The position numbers and the translations under genes were made by a program. DNA of 64,000 bases from Dehalococcoidia bacterium. Its GTDB lineage: Bacteria > Chloroflexota > Dehalococcoidia > Lucifugimonadales > UBA3495. The notes beneath the pieces were generated by a model. That model was not told where the DNA came from. It saw only the letters and a list, made by a program, of their open reading frames with translations, and did not search any database. The stretch covers positions 94,623-158,622 of the forward strand of contig CBDHDY010000039.1 of NCBI GenBank assembly GCA_965261885.1, written 5' to 3'. Positions 19,801 to 27,888 of the stretch are shown in pieces (positions within the stretch are counted from its first letter, which is position 1; every line of letters begins with the position of its first letter).

Positions 19801-21104
19801 GATGAGACTCTGTTGTAAGGCAGGTAGAGGACAGAGAGGTTGGTGAGGCCGTCGAAGGTGTGCTCGCCCAGTACCGAGACGAGGTTGTGGTCCATGTAAA
19901 AGTACTGTAGGGCGGGCGTACCTTTAAAGATGCCGTCTTCAAGCACTTTAATGTGGTTGTTCGTGAGGTTGAGATCCTCCAGGGCGGAGAGGCCGTCAAA
20001 GGCATTCTCGTGGACCGATGAGATGATGTTATCGGTGAGAATGAGGAATCTCAGGCCGCCGGACACCTGGCTGAACGCGTTCGCGGGCACGGTGGTCAGC
20101 ATGGGCGAGTAGGTAATCAGCAAACCGTCCAGAGTATCGAGCCCTGCGAAATCGCCGGCGACGATGCTGGCGTTGCTGTAGCCTTTGATATCGAGTGTAG
20201 TGATCGAGGCTAGTTGAGTGGCCGTGACGGTAGAGCACGTGGGGCTACCCGTCAGTTTGCCCAGGATGGCGTCCTGAACCTCCTGCGTCCGGTCACAGAT
20301 GCCATGGCTGGAGCGGGCTAAGTTGTCTCGCTGCTGCTTATCGCTGCGTTGAGGCTGCGTCGGCGGTACATTGGGCGGGCTCACCACCGTGGCGGTGGAG
20401 GCGCCGGTTAAGGTTTCCGAGTACCCGTCGTCGTCGGTGAAACTCACGCTGACCTTGATGGTGTGGCCGGAGTCGGCATTGGTGAGGACGTAGGTAGAAC
20501 CTGTTGCTCCGGAGATTTCGGTGTCGGTGCGTAACCATTGGTAGCTGAACGTCGCGTTGGTGAGTCCGTTGTCGTCGGCAATGTTTGATGTGTCGGCGGT
20601 GAGGGTCTGGTCGACCTCAACAGTGCCCGTGATGGTCGGCTGACCGGTGGCGGGACTGTTCGGCGTGCCGCCGCTCTCCGCGGTCACGATGTCGCTCCAG
20701 CGTGACTTTTTGCTATCGTCGTACCGGGCGCGGACCCTCACCTGGTAGGTTGCCTCAGCATCGAGGCCGGTTATCGTCACCTGGTTGGTGGTCGGATAGG
20801 CGAACCAGTCGGTTTCTAAATTTGGGCGGCGGAAGTCCTCGCCGTCCGGCGTCCAGGTGACGCGGTAATCGGACAGGTTCTTGCTGGTCTGGGGGTGTGA
20901 GTCCCAGGCGATGTCGAGCTCGCCGGCCTCATCTCCTGGTGTTACGGTCAGCCCGGTTGGGGCCAGCCGCCAGTCGGGGTCGCCCGACTGGGCTGAGGCG
21001 TTCGTCGCCGCGGCGAATGCAATGATGGCGGCGACCGTGAGGAGGGCCAGGACGGCGATCACAAAGACGGTTGGTTTGAGCTTGGCGGCCAGAGCTGAGG
21101 TCAT
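16824..21104 (-). CDS. Giant secreted surface protein: FN3, Ig-like repeats, ~20 LRRs, cadherin-like, Calx-beta x2, PPC-like
   Basis: 1426 aa. N-terminal TM/signal KPTVFVIAVLALLTVAAIIAF. FN3 (DYRVTWTPDGEDF...TYQVRVRARYDD). 24-residue LRR units (FDGLTxLxxLxLxxNxISSLHEDT). LSEFSISPGALTTPF and LHSLELSGVTLARTF are cadherin-like. Calx-beta is seen at VNYTTVNGTATAGRDYEATSGTLVFDQGDVQKTVYVPI. Confidence 0.9.
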   Translation of the reverse strand: MTSALAAKLKPTVFVIAVLALLTVAAIIAFAAATNASAQSGDPDWRLAPTGLTVTPGDEAGELDIAWDSHPQTSKNLSDYRVTWTPDGEDFRRPNLETDWFAYPTTNQVTITGLDAEATYQVRVRARYDDSKKSRWSDIVTAESGGTPNSPATGQPTITGTVEVDQTLTADTSNIADDNGLTNATFSYQWLRTDTEISGATGSTYVLTNADSGHTIKVSVSFTDDDGYSETLTGASTATVVSPPNVPPTQPQRSDKQQRDNLARSSHGICDRTQEVQDAILGKLTGSPTCSTVTATQLASITTLDIKGYSNASIVAGDFAGLDTLDGLLITYSPMLTTVPANAFSQVSGGLRFLILTDNIISSVHENAFDGLSALEDLNLTNNHIKVLEDGIFKGTPALQYFYMDHNLVSVLGEHTFDGLTNLSVLYLPYNRVSSIHEDTFDGLTALTDLNLQDNRISSLHEDTFGGLANLWRLNLASNIISSLHKDTFNGLTSMGLLYLPGNEISSLHEDTFDGLPDLQYLFLHRNKLSDLDADLFDGLTGLSLLALSYNDLTTVPANTFNGRTGLAALYLNDNMISSLPDNLFDGLTALATLTLNRNNLASPNAELFDGLTALATLNLSDNGITSPHVDLFDGLTSLTSLDLSNNGMASPHADLFDGLTALATLTLSNNGIASPNVDLFDGLTALTNLYLNDNGITSPDVDLFDETTALQTLYLNDNSLASLNVDIFDGLGDLGTLDLSDNSINALTAGVFEDLDDSLTKLYLRSNALAALPAGIFAGLTGLTELDLSCNELTALDSARFTPFASILTFLEISGNSFNTQPTAADLALTNTGLKFYSGANTVCGPPGDIGLSEFSISPGALTTPFEAPGLLNSVATVAHNVSTTTITIQPRDPNAQIEPYADNFQPLYDDDLNTPGWQVRPSYHRNPFQWEAQAKDGSTEIYGIQVFRSPPPASEARLHSLELSGVTLARTFDRDTQTYIATRASGVTETTVTATPLDSDATTVIKLNGTVDADGTMVWTAGTNVITVEVTAEDGTAKRTYTVTVAPPPRMPEVNIASASTTEGGDIVFVITISPPIDGFLSVGYGTGTDSLPSGSMGARKDDDYVPHHPAGANVQIGYGQTSIELTFTTVDDDLVEGTEIFGIGLYPSAYEGREFSYGTRKAIGTIRDDENGGQAYEDTVPGDTSTTATISPRNTVQNRIETVDDADWYRTTLTKDHCYQITVEGSSADETLTLQYPAVRGVYRSDGTHILNTYENADGRGTTAISNVKLDTTGTYYIAAGLYRFENGGTFRMTLTDLGTSDDSCGAAKPGGPMQISVADASMSEAFAHRKYMSFIVTLDRGADTEVTVNYTTVNGTATAGRDYEATSGTLVFDQGDVQKTVYVPIEYDSHDEVDETLTLVLSNPTVAQIERGVATGTIMDYQ

Positions 21105-21655
21105 GATTTCTCCGGTAGGTGCTGGATCCGGTCAGTGAGATGTTCCTGGAGTCCTTGGCTGGTCTGGGGAGTATTTCTACTGGGCTGGGGATGAGCCGGT
21201 CCCGCGGGGCTTTGCAGGCTCCCTGTGATTCTGCCTTGGTTGAGCAGTTTGCCGGATGCGGAGATAGGACAAGCCGACTTCCTCGGCTGACTGCTTGGCG
21301 GTGATGTGAGGAGGCCTCGCGCCCCATCGGAGTCCACTGCCGCGACGCGGTATATGTACATCGTCTCAGGCTGCAGGCCGTCGTCCTGGAAGGAGGTGGT
21401 CTGCGTCGTGCCGATCCGACGTGGCCATCTCTGGTCCTTGGTCCGGCGCAGGACCCGGTAGTGGTCCACTTTCGCCTCGTCGGGGTGGCTCCAGGTCAGG
21501 TTCACCGTGTCGTGGTCGAGGGCGGTGAGGCCCGTGAGCCGGTCCGGCACGGCCAGCGTGCCCTGGGGCAGGGCCCGGAGCACTCCGGTGACCGCCAGCG
21601 GTGCGGCGGCCGTCCACCGGGTGAACCTGGATTTGGTCGGGTGAGCGTGGGTCAT
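21101..21655 (-). CDS. Secreted FN3-domain protein
   Basis: The likely start is ATG 21655 (MTHAHPTKSRFTRWTAAAPLAV). FN3 is seen at LTGLTALDHDTVNLTWSHPDEAKVDHYRVLRR...ETMYIYRVAAVDSDGARG. Its stop overlaps the next gene start (ATGA at 21101-21104). Confidence 0.6.
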   Translation of the reverse strand: MTHAHPTKSRFTRWTAAAPLAVTGVLRALPQGTLAVPDRLTGLTALDHDTVNLTWSHPDEAKVDHYRVLRRTKDQRWPRRIGTTQTTSFQDDGLQPETMYIYRVAAVDSDGARGLLTSPPSSQPRKSACPISASGKLLNQGRITGSLQSPAGPAHPQPSRNTPQTSQGLQEHLTDRIQHLPEKS

Positions 21656-21894
21656 GTGCCTCTTCCTGTAGGGCCAACAGTGGTTGGCCGCCCGGGCCTG
21701 GGCGGGAGCGGGTTGCAAACTGGAGAATGGTCCCACTGAGGCCATGGCCGACAGGGGATAAATATGATCCCCAGGGCCGGTTTCGGATGTTGGCTCACTG
21801 CCCTGCTTTCAGGGCGACCCGGGAGCGGCCTCCGGGGTTACCCGCCTGTGCGAGACCGCTGGCACACTGGGTCCCATGCCTCCCCCTTCCCGCT

Positions 21895-22541
21895 TCACAG
21901 GCTGTCAGGGCCCCCGGCCCACCGGAGGCGGACTGGCCCGGAGACTCTACAAATATCCTGACTGACTGACTGGACCGTTCCCTCCGATGGGTGTTTCCCC
22001 GGGCTGACCTGTACCGCATTGGCGAATTGGCCCGTGGCCCTGAGGGTCACAGGCAGGAACACCGTCATTTCCTCATCACTGGTATCCTTGAAGAGTGCGG
22101 CCTCGAAGAGTGCGGCCCCGCATTCCGGCATACGTTGGTGGACCCCTCGGGTCAGCGCCCTCCCATTTTTTGTCAGCTCCGGCAGCACCATCCGCCGGTC
22201 GTCGCAGGGATACCGCCGGACCAGCGGCCCCATCTTCACCGGCTTGTTCACCGCCCGGCTGATCCGGGACACCCTGACCAGCAACACCTGGCTCAGCTGG
22301 GTAGTGGTCCACTTTTCCCGTCCAGGAGGAGCCGGAGCGGCACGAACTCCCCGAGCGACAGGCCGTGGGACGATTTGAGCTCAGCCATCCCCTTGGCCAG
22401 CAGGTTGGCCAAGCCAGCCACAGACTGAGATCGGCCCCGGGCCTTTCGGCAAAGACCACCTCTGGCTGAGGCAGGTGTCAGGGTCCACGCCACACCTCTT
22501 GCCAGAGACTTTTCCTCCAACGAACAATTGTCGCAGAGCAA
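21895..22541 (-). pseudogene. MarR-family regulator, frameshifted
   Basis: The N-terminal frame (22293-22541) reads ...LSLGEFVPLRLLLDGKSGP. The C-terminal frame reads TTTQLSQVLLVRVSRISRAVNKPVKMGPLVRRYPCDDRRMVLPELTKNGRAL (winged helix). A 1-nt indel lies near 22290-22305. Confidence 0.6.
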
Positions 22542-22698
22542 AGTGAACCTGGCGTGAAGATATGCGGGGAAAACGCGTGAGGGTGTTATGAAGTCTGCCT
22601 GTAACGTCGGGCTATGGGCGATGATTGGAGAGGTTGGTGCAGGGTGTGAAGGATTACCGTTACCGGGGATCCATCCGGGGCGCTGTATCCCGGTGATG

Positions 22699-23397
22699 CT
22701 ATGTCCCGGAGGGACTTGGCATCCGGTATCCGACCCGGATGGCCGTGTAGATGTACCTGGGACTCCAGGGGGCGTCCCCCAGTTTCCGGCGCAGCCCCTT
22801 GATGAAGGTGCGCAACACCCGGACGTCCCCCTGGTGGAGCGGTCCCCAGACCTCTCTCAGAAGGTGTTCGTGGGTGAGCGTCACCCCCGCGTTCGTGGAG
22901 AGCTCGGATAGCAGGTTGAACTCTGTCGCCGTCAGTTGGACCCGGACGTTGGCGACGGTTGCCGTGCGTTCCGCATAGTCGATGGTCAGCTCGCCCAGCA
23001 CGAATGGTTCCGGCCACTCCGGCTGAACGGGTTCGCGCCCTCTCCGCACGGCCGTCCTGATTCTCCCCGCAAGCTCCTGCTGGGTGAAGGGCTTGAGGAT
23101 GAAGTCGGCGGCTCCCAGGTCGAGGGCCCTCTCCATGTCCTGGACTGTTCCGTGCTCCAGCATGAACAGCACCGGACCGTCGGATTCCCTGGCTATGCGC
23201 TCCATGATCTCCGGTCCCGCGTCCACCAGAAAGAGGTGGGGTCGTTCCGTTCCGGCCAGGTATTCGACCCTGTCGGGATCGCCGGTGACTACGGCTTCGA
23301 ACCCCTCCTCCAGGAGCATGGTCCAGGTGTGGCTGCGGGACACCGGGTCCGAGTCAACCGCCAGTACCCGCAGCTGGCCTCCCCTTGAGCGTTGCAT
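22699..23397 (-). CDS. OmpR/PhoB-family response regulator with atypical receiver
   Basis: ATG at 23397 (MQRSRGGQLRVLAVDSD). Receiver residues D/D, LVD and ILKPF are present, but the loop after the acceptor Asp is shortened. The C-terminal trans_reg_C region is LTATEFNLLSEL...VLRTFIKGLRRKL...IYTAIRVGYRM. Confidence 0.8.
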   Translation of the reverse strand: MQRSRGGQLRVLAVDSDPVSRSHTWTMLLEEGFEAVVTGDPDRVEYLAGTERPHLFLVDAGPEIMERIARESDGPVLFMLEHGTVQDMERALDLGAADFILKPFTQQELAGRIRTAVRRGREPVQPEWPEPFVLGELTIDYAERTATVANVRVQLTATEFNLLSELSTNAGVTLTHEHLLREVWGPLHQGDVRVLRTFIKGLRRKLGDAPWSPRYIYTAIRVGYRMPSPSGT

Positions 23398-23830
23398 GGC
23401 TGATGCGGAGGCGCCGGGCCCGGTATTGCCGGCGTTCGCTCCCTGGCCCCCTGCGGGGGCCGTGCCTGCGGGGACCGTGAGGGTGAAACGGGGGCCGGGT
23501 TCCGGTCCGGGGCCGTGGTCCCGCAGCCAGCCTCCGTGGGTCTCCACTATCGCCCGGCATATTGCCGCCCCCGACACCGTGGCCATCACGCTCATCTCAT
23601 CCCTGGACCGGATCATCCCCGTCTGATAGTTCTCCGCGGGCGCACCGGCACAGGCCCTTGGCCATGCTCAGCCACCGGATGGCTCGTTGCTCCGGGTCTC
23701 CGGCTTGTTCACTGGCCCGGAACAGCCGGAATATGGTCGACTGGCCTCCTTCCTCCAGGAATATCAGGTTCCTGTTTTCAGTTTCGGATACTCCTTCCGG
23801 GTGTATCTCTTTTGCCCTGTCGCTGATCAC
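23398..23830 (-). pseudogene. Histidine-kinase HATPase remnant
   Basis: SGAAICRAIVETHGGWL...GPRFTLTVP (G2 box/C-terminus) is read in frame with the downstream regulator. A second frame gives ...NLIFLEEGGQSTIFRLFRASEQ. There is no HisKA or sensor part. Confidence 0.55.
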
Positions 23831-23911
23831 GGTCGTACCTTCCCCCTGTGTAGCTGTCGGGCCCCTTTTCTCCTTGGTTCAGGAGTTCTCATATCAGTGT
23901 GTAGGTTCCTG

Positions 23912-24235
23912 TCAGCCGCGTGGCTGGGTCCTGGATGTTGTCAGCCACCTGACCTGCGTTCCCTTTTCTGCGAGCTCGGCGATCCGCGTCTGAACCTCCT
24001 TCTCAGTGTCTCCGAGAAGTGCCAGGTCGGTTACCAGGACCTACTCGAAGGGTGGGGTCTCCCCGGCGGCGTCTCCCATCAACCTCTGGAGGGCAAAATT
24101 CCTGTAGTCAAGGTAATTGCGTACGATCTGGACGTCCTGGTCCTGGGTGGCCAGATGCAGTGTCTGTCACTGAATGTCGGCCGTGTCCTCCGGGTCCCCG
24201 GTGTCCTGGCAGTAGATCGCTATCTTCTTCATCAT
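23912..24235 (-). pseudogene. Serine-less resolvase-domain gene with two in-frame stops
   Basis: ATG at 24235 follows GGAGGTGAGG. It reads MMKKIAIYCQDTGDPEDTADIQ*QTLHLATQDQDVQIVRNYLDY...PPFE*VLVTDLALLGDTEKEV...GTQVRWL. The stops are TGA 24167-24169 and TAG 24041-24043, and there is no frameshift. Confidence 0.55.
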
Positions 24236-24332
24236 CCTCACCTCCATCTGGGTTGCTGATGTTCATTGTGCCTCGGGTCGGCCCGGTGGGCTTTGATGTG
24301 AACTGTGCCGGGACCTTGTTCTTTGCGGCTCG

Positions 24333-24473
24333 TCTTTCCCCGCATATCCGGGGGTTGCCAGGAGAGTGTGTTAATGGTTAAGCCTGGATCATCCCCGCAT
24401 ATCCGGGGTCTGCTGTTCGCCAGCGGCGCGAACAGCACGAGGGTCTCGGTCCATCCCCGCATCTCCGGGGTTT
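24333..24473. repeat. Three spaced palindromic repeats TCCCCGCAT(A/C)TCCGGGG
   Basis: The cores lie at 24336-24353, 24391-24407 and 24453-24469, giving periods of 55 and 62 nt. The shared upstream flank is GG(A/T)(T/C)CA. Each core can form a CCCCG/CGGGG stem. Confidence 0.6.
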
Positions 24474-24602
24474 TGAGCAGGAGCGGCAGCAGGAATTGCT
24501 CTCGTCGTGCCGGTCCACGGCTCAGAAAGGGGGGAGGCCGTCGACTACGACGAGCCTCCCGCAGTTCATGAATGTATCTGTCTTATTGAACCCTGCTTGG
24601 CA

Positions 24603-25112
24603 TCAGTGGAACCACTCGCTTTTAATCGCGTATTGATACTGGTTCTTTTCCTTGAGACCCCAGCTGACGGAGACATAGCGCGGGAGGCCCCATTTGCCGT
24701 TCTTGTCCTTCAGTTTTATTCGCCATTCCACCTGTGTGCCGGCTCTGTAGAAGGTGTAAGTCTCCTCGATAGTCGTACGTCTTTCCGTAGTTGATATATA
24801 TTTCGCCTTTTCCCACTTTGACCAATCGGCTTCACCAGGACGTGCCGACTCGACGTCGACGCGGTGGCGTCTGTCGACCTTGTAACCGGTCGCTCTACTG
24901 GGCGCTCCCCAGGTGAAGGACATGTCCACCTCTTTGTTATCCCTGGTGGCGTCCGCTGTGGGAGTTATTGTCATGTCAACGGAAGTGATGTACAGCGGCT
25001 TCCGTCCTGCTTCTGTGCTATCCGGCAGGGCCACTACGGCTCCGATTATCGCCAGCAGTGCGACCGCTGCGAGGATGGTTGACCTGAACTTCGTGAGGTG
25101 AGCTGAAACCAA
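24603..25112 (-). CDS. Small secreted/membrane-anchored hypothetical protein
   Basis: 169 aa. TTG start 5 nt after AGGAGA. The hydrophobic N-terminus is STILAAVALLAIIGAVVAL. The rest is predicted beta-rich, with no recognisable motif. Confidence 0.55.
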   Translation of the reverse strand: MVSAHLTKFRSTILAAVALLAIIGAVVALPDSTEAGRKPLYITSVDMTITPTADATRDNKEVDMSFTWGAPSRATGYKVDRRHRVDVESARPGEADWSKWEKAKYISTTERRTTIEETYTFYRAGTQVEWRIKLKDKNGKWGLPRYVSVSWGLKEKNQYQYAIKSEWFH

Positions 25113-25180
25113 GTTTCTCTCCTAATACTTTGGGTAACCGGGTGGAGGGATTTACGGTTGACTTTCCACCGTTCCTCGTC

Positions 25181-25210
25181 GGGTTCATCCCCGCGCCTGC
25201 GGGGGAACCC
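25181..25210. repeat. Solitary palindromic repeat resembling a Type I-E CRISPR repeat
   Basis: GGGTTCATCCCCGCGCCTGCGGGGGAACCC has the same 5' flank (GGTTCATCCCCGC) as the 24.3-24.5 kb repeats. It abuts the truncation point of the adhesin-like fragment. Confidence 0.5.
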
Positions 25211-25214
25211 CGCA

Positions 25215-25540
25215 TCGTCGGCCAGACATTGGTAATTGAATGTTGCGTTCCCAGTCAGTCAGCGTCAGCGATGCCCGAAGTATCCGCCGTACGCGTCTCC
25301 CGACTTGTGCAGTGCCGGTGATGCTCGGCGCTCCGGTGGCCGGGTTGTTGGGCGCGCCGGATACTGTTGCCGGCGCCACGCTGGTCAGACTCTCGTCGTT
25401 GTCATCATCACCTGTGAAACTCACCTTCACTTTGACGGTCTTGCCCTCGTCGGCGTTGAGCTCCCAGGCCGTGGACGGTCCCAGGGTCAGCAGTCCCGTG
25501 GCCCCGAGCAGCAGGGCCGCCGTTATGTGAAAGATCAGTC
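25215..25540 (-). pseudogene. 5' fragment of an adhesin-like gene (signal peptide + Ig-like module), frameshifted and truncated
   Basis: IFHITAALLLGATGLLTLG...GKTVKVKVSFTGDDDNDESLTSVAPATVSGAPNNPATGAPSITGTAQVG, then in another frame GLTGNATFNYQ. This mirrors TIKVSVSFTDDDGYSETLT...PATGQPTITGTVEV...GLTNATFSYQW of the 1426-aa protein. Confidence 0.5.
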
Positions 25541-26219
25541 GTGTGGCGGTCCAGTTCTTGTTTCTCAGCTTCGATGGTGAAAATGCTGGGCGGTGCTCAT
25601 TGCGTCGCGGCAGTCTTGCTGCAATTGGAAGACCGGCCCGGTATTCCCGGGACCGGTCTCGTCTGTAGCGCGGCGTGCTCTCGCTCCAGCGGTCGCTGGA
25701 GTCTCCGGGCGGCCTCGCCTGATGGTTAATTGATACTCTAGGATGCAACAATTCCCTCACGGGATACAGGCTCATTCGCACTGACGGATCTGTCGGATAT
25801 TCTGGTAACGAATCTGCATGCGCCAGTTTGTCTGTAATGTGACTGTCTCAATGAGTACACTCTGGGCGGGGCGTTCCGTTCAACTCGGAAAGACCCGGGT
25901 CTTCCGTCGTGGTTGGGGGCGTATGGTGGAAAGGGGGAACCTGCCGTCCCGGCTGGGCAGGTGAGTTGCTTTGTTTGTCTTGAAGAGAGCCGAGTTACCC
26001 GTGCTGAAAGCGCGCCTCCAGAGTGCGCTGGCGGAGTCGCTTGAGAGCGCTCGGGCGGACACCGAGGGTTTGCGGTACGCTGCCTGGGTTTCCGTCTGGG
26101 CGCGCTGGGTCATCTGGGTAGCCGTGATGGTGGAGGCGGCTTATCAGCCGGAACTGAACGGCGGCACATACATTCCGTTCATCCTCCTCCATGTGATGGT
26201 GGTCGGCTGCAACGCTTGG
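25527..26219. repeat. Segmental duplication, copy 1 (divergent promoter region + 5' end of kinase gene)
   Basis: It aligns along its length with 41374-42070, with one ~9-nt indel and scattered substitutions. Confidence 0.85.
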
Positions 26220-27221
26220 GTGCACCGCCGGCTGGCCTCCGGTAAGAGGGTCATCTGGTCTTGGGTCCTTTTCCTCAGCATCACCGATTTCGTGATAATC
26301 ACGGCGTCCATCGTTTCGGACGCCGGGTTCGACAATTTCCACTACCTTGCCTACTACCCTGCGCTGGCCCTGGTGGCGGTCATCTGCCCGTCCCTCGTCC
26401 TCAGTCTCGTGTGGACCACGGTGGTTATGGCGTTCTACGCGGCCTGGTGCCTGACCCAGGGTTCAGGACTCGACTTTGCGGCCGATGATGAGGTGGTATT
26501 GACCGCCCGGCTGGCGGCAATGTACGCCGTTGTCGTGGCGGTCAATGTGGTCGCCCGGTTCGAACGGACCAGGAGGCGCAGGTTGGGGGAACGTGAGCGG
26601 GCTCTCCTGCAGGAGCGGGTTGAACTTTCGCAGACCATTCATGACACAGCGGCTCAGAGCGCCTATGTGCTCGGGCTCGGCATAGACATGGCCCGGATTC
26701 TTGCGGAAGAGTCCAATGAGGAACTGAACGAGACACTGGCAGCCGCGTCCATGGTGTCCAAATCGTTGATCTGGGACCTCCGGCGGCCTATTGACGGGGG
26801 GCTGATCTTCGGAGGAACGGAACTGGGGAAGACGCTCAGGGTTCATACCGAGAGGTTCGGGAGCATAGCCTCGGTGTCGGTTGAGGTGGTTCAGTTGGGA
26901 GATGAACCTCCTCTGCCGGTTGAGACCCAGTCCCGGCTCTTTTCCGTCGCCCACAACGCCCTTGCCAACGCCCTGCTGCATTCCCGTGCGGACCGGGTCG
27001 AGGTGACGCTGGAGTTTCGGGGCGATCTTGTACGGCTGTCCGTTTCAGACGACGGGGTTGGTCTCCCTGATGATTATTTTGAGCGTGGCCGGGGCTTTGC
27101 CGGCATGCAGGCGGATGCGAAACGCATGGGCGGCAGGCTCCTCGTGGGCCCGGCCGGGCCGGAGGGAGGAACGGCGGTGACCTGCGAGATTCCTCTGGCA
27201 CTGCACAGTGGGGGAAACTGA
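25971..27221 (+). CDS. Membrane sensor histidine kinase, NarL-partner type (HisKA_3 + HATPase_c)
   Basis: There are about 5 N-terminal TM segments. The H-box is LSQTIHDTAAQSAYVLG. The N box is FSVAHNALANALLHS. The G boxes are VSDDGVGLP...GRGFAGM. The start codon is uncertain (TTG 25971 or a downstream alternative). Confidence 0.85.
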   Translation: MFVLKRAELPVLKARLQSALAESLESARADTEGLRYAAWVSVWARWVIWVAVMVEAAYQPELNGGTYIPFILLHVMVVGCNAWVHRRLASGKRVIWSWVLFLSITDFVIITASIVSDAGFDNFHYLAYYPALALVAVICPSLVLSLVWTTVVMAFYAAWCLTQGSGLDFAADDEVVLTARLAAMYAVVVAVNVVARFERTRRRRLGERERALLQERVELSQTIHDTAAQSAYVLGLGIDMARILAEESNEELNETLAAASMVSKSLIWDLRRPIDGGLIFGGTELGKTLRVHTERFGSIASVSVEVVQLGDEPPLPVETQSRLFSVAHNALANALLHSRADRVEVTLEFRGDLVRLSVSDDGVGLPDDYFERGRGFAGMQADAKRMGGRLLVGPAGPEGGTAVTCEIPLALHSGGN

Positions 27222-27222
27222 C

Positions 27223-27888
27223 ATGCCTGAGAATGGACCAATCCGCGTGATGGTGGTCGACGACCACCCGGTGGTCAGGGAGGGCATACGGCGGTTGTTG
27301 CAGCACTTCCCTGAGTTTGATGTCGTAGGGGTGGCCGGAGATGGGGAGGAGGCGGTCCGGTTGGCCTCCGAGGTGGTGCCGGACGTCATCATCATGGACG
27401 TGGTCATGCCGGGGAAGGGTGGCGTGGACGCCTGCCGCGAGATCATGGACCTGATGCCTGACATCGGGATCTTGATGCTCACCGCGTCGACCGCACCTGA
27501 TGCGGTCATCGAGGGGATTGCCGCGGGTGCCAGCGGCTACCTGTTGAAGGACTCCGGGGTGGAACAGCTGGTGGGAACCATCAAGGAGATAGCTGAGGGC
27601 CGGGTGAGCCTGACGGCTGACGCATTGAAGCGGGCCGCGATGTTGATGCGCAAAGACCCTGCGGCGCAGGGCTTCCGGGGACCGGACCTGTTGACCCCAA
27701 GGGAGACGGAGCTACTGCGCCTGTTCTGTCGGGGTCTGTCCTACGCCCAGATTGCGGACGCCGCTGAGATCGGTCAGTCCACGGTGCGCAATACCCTGGA
27801 CCGCGTTCAGCATAAGGCGGGGGCCGGTTCCAAGACTGAGATGGTGGTCTGGGCGGTTCGGGTCGGCCTGTTGGACGGCTTGGAGTAA
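27223..27888 (+). CDS. NarL/LuxR-family response regulator
   Basis: The ATG lies 1 nt after the kinase stop. REC is seen at IRVMVVDDHPVVREG...DVIIMDVVMPG...ASGYLLKD. The LuxR HTH is LTPRETELLRLFCRGLSYAQIADAAEIGQSTVRNTLDRV. Confidence 0.9.
   Translation: MPENGPIRVMVVDDHPVVREGIRRLLQHFPEFDVVGVAGDGEEAVRLASEVVPDVIIMDVVMPGKGGVDACREIMDLMPDIGILMLTASTAPDAVIEGIAAGASGYLLKDSGVEQLVGTIKEIAEGRVSLTADALKRAAMLMRKDPAAQGFRGPDLLTPRETELLRLFCRGLSYAQIADAAEIGQSTVRNTLDRVQHKAGAGSKTEMVVWAVRVGLLDGLE

Noticed and set aside
17109-20238. Numerous ORFs on both strands within 16824-21104
   Set aside because: They are shadows of the 1426-aa surface-protein gene, whose frame is supported by FN3, LRR and Calx-beta motifs.
24041-24169. 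Idea that in-frame TGA/TAG codons (1896, 24041, 24167, 45149) reflect an alternative genetic code
   Set aside because: Dozens of well-supported genes in the window terminate normally at TGA, TAG and TAA at the positions expected from homology. All the affected genes are mobile-element or recombinase relics, so nonsense decay is the simpler explanation.
24333-25210. Calling the palindromic repeats a bona fide CRISPR array
   Set aside because: There are only three loosely conserved units, with unequal spacing (55 and 62 nt), plus one distant unit. No cas genes are in the window. They are kept as a repeat feature and a finding, not annotated as CRISPR.
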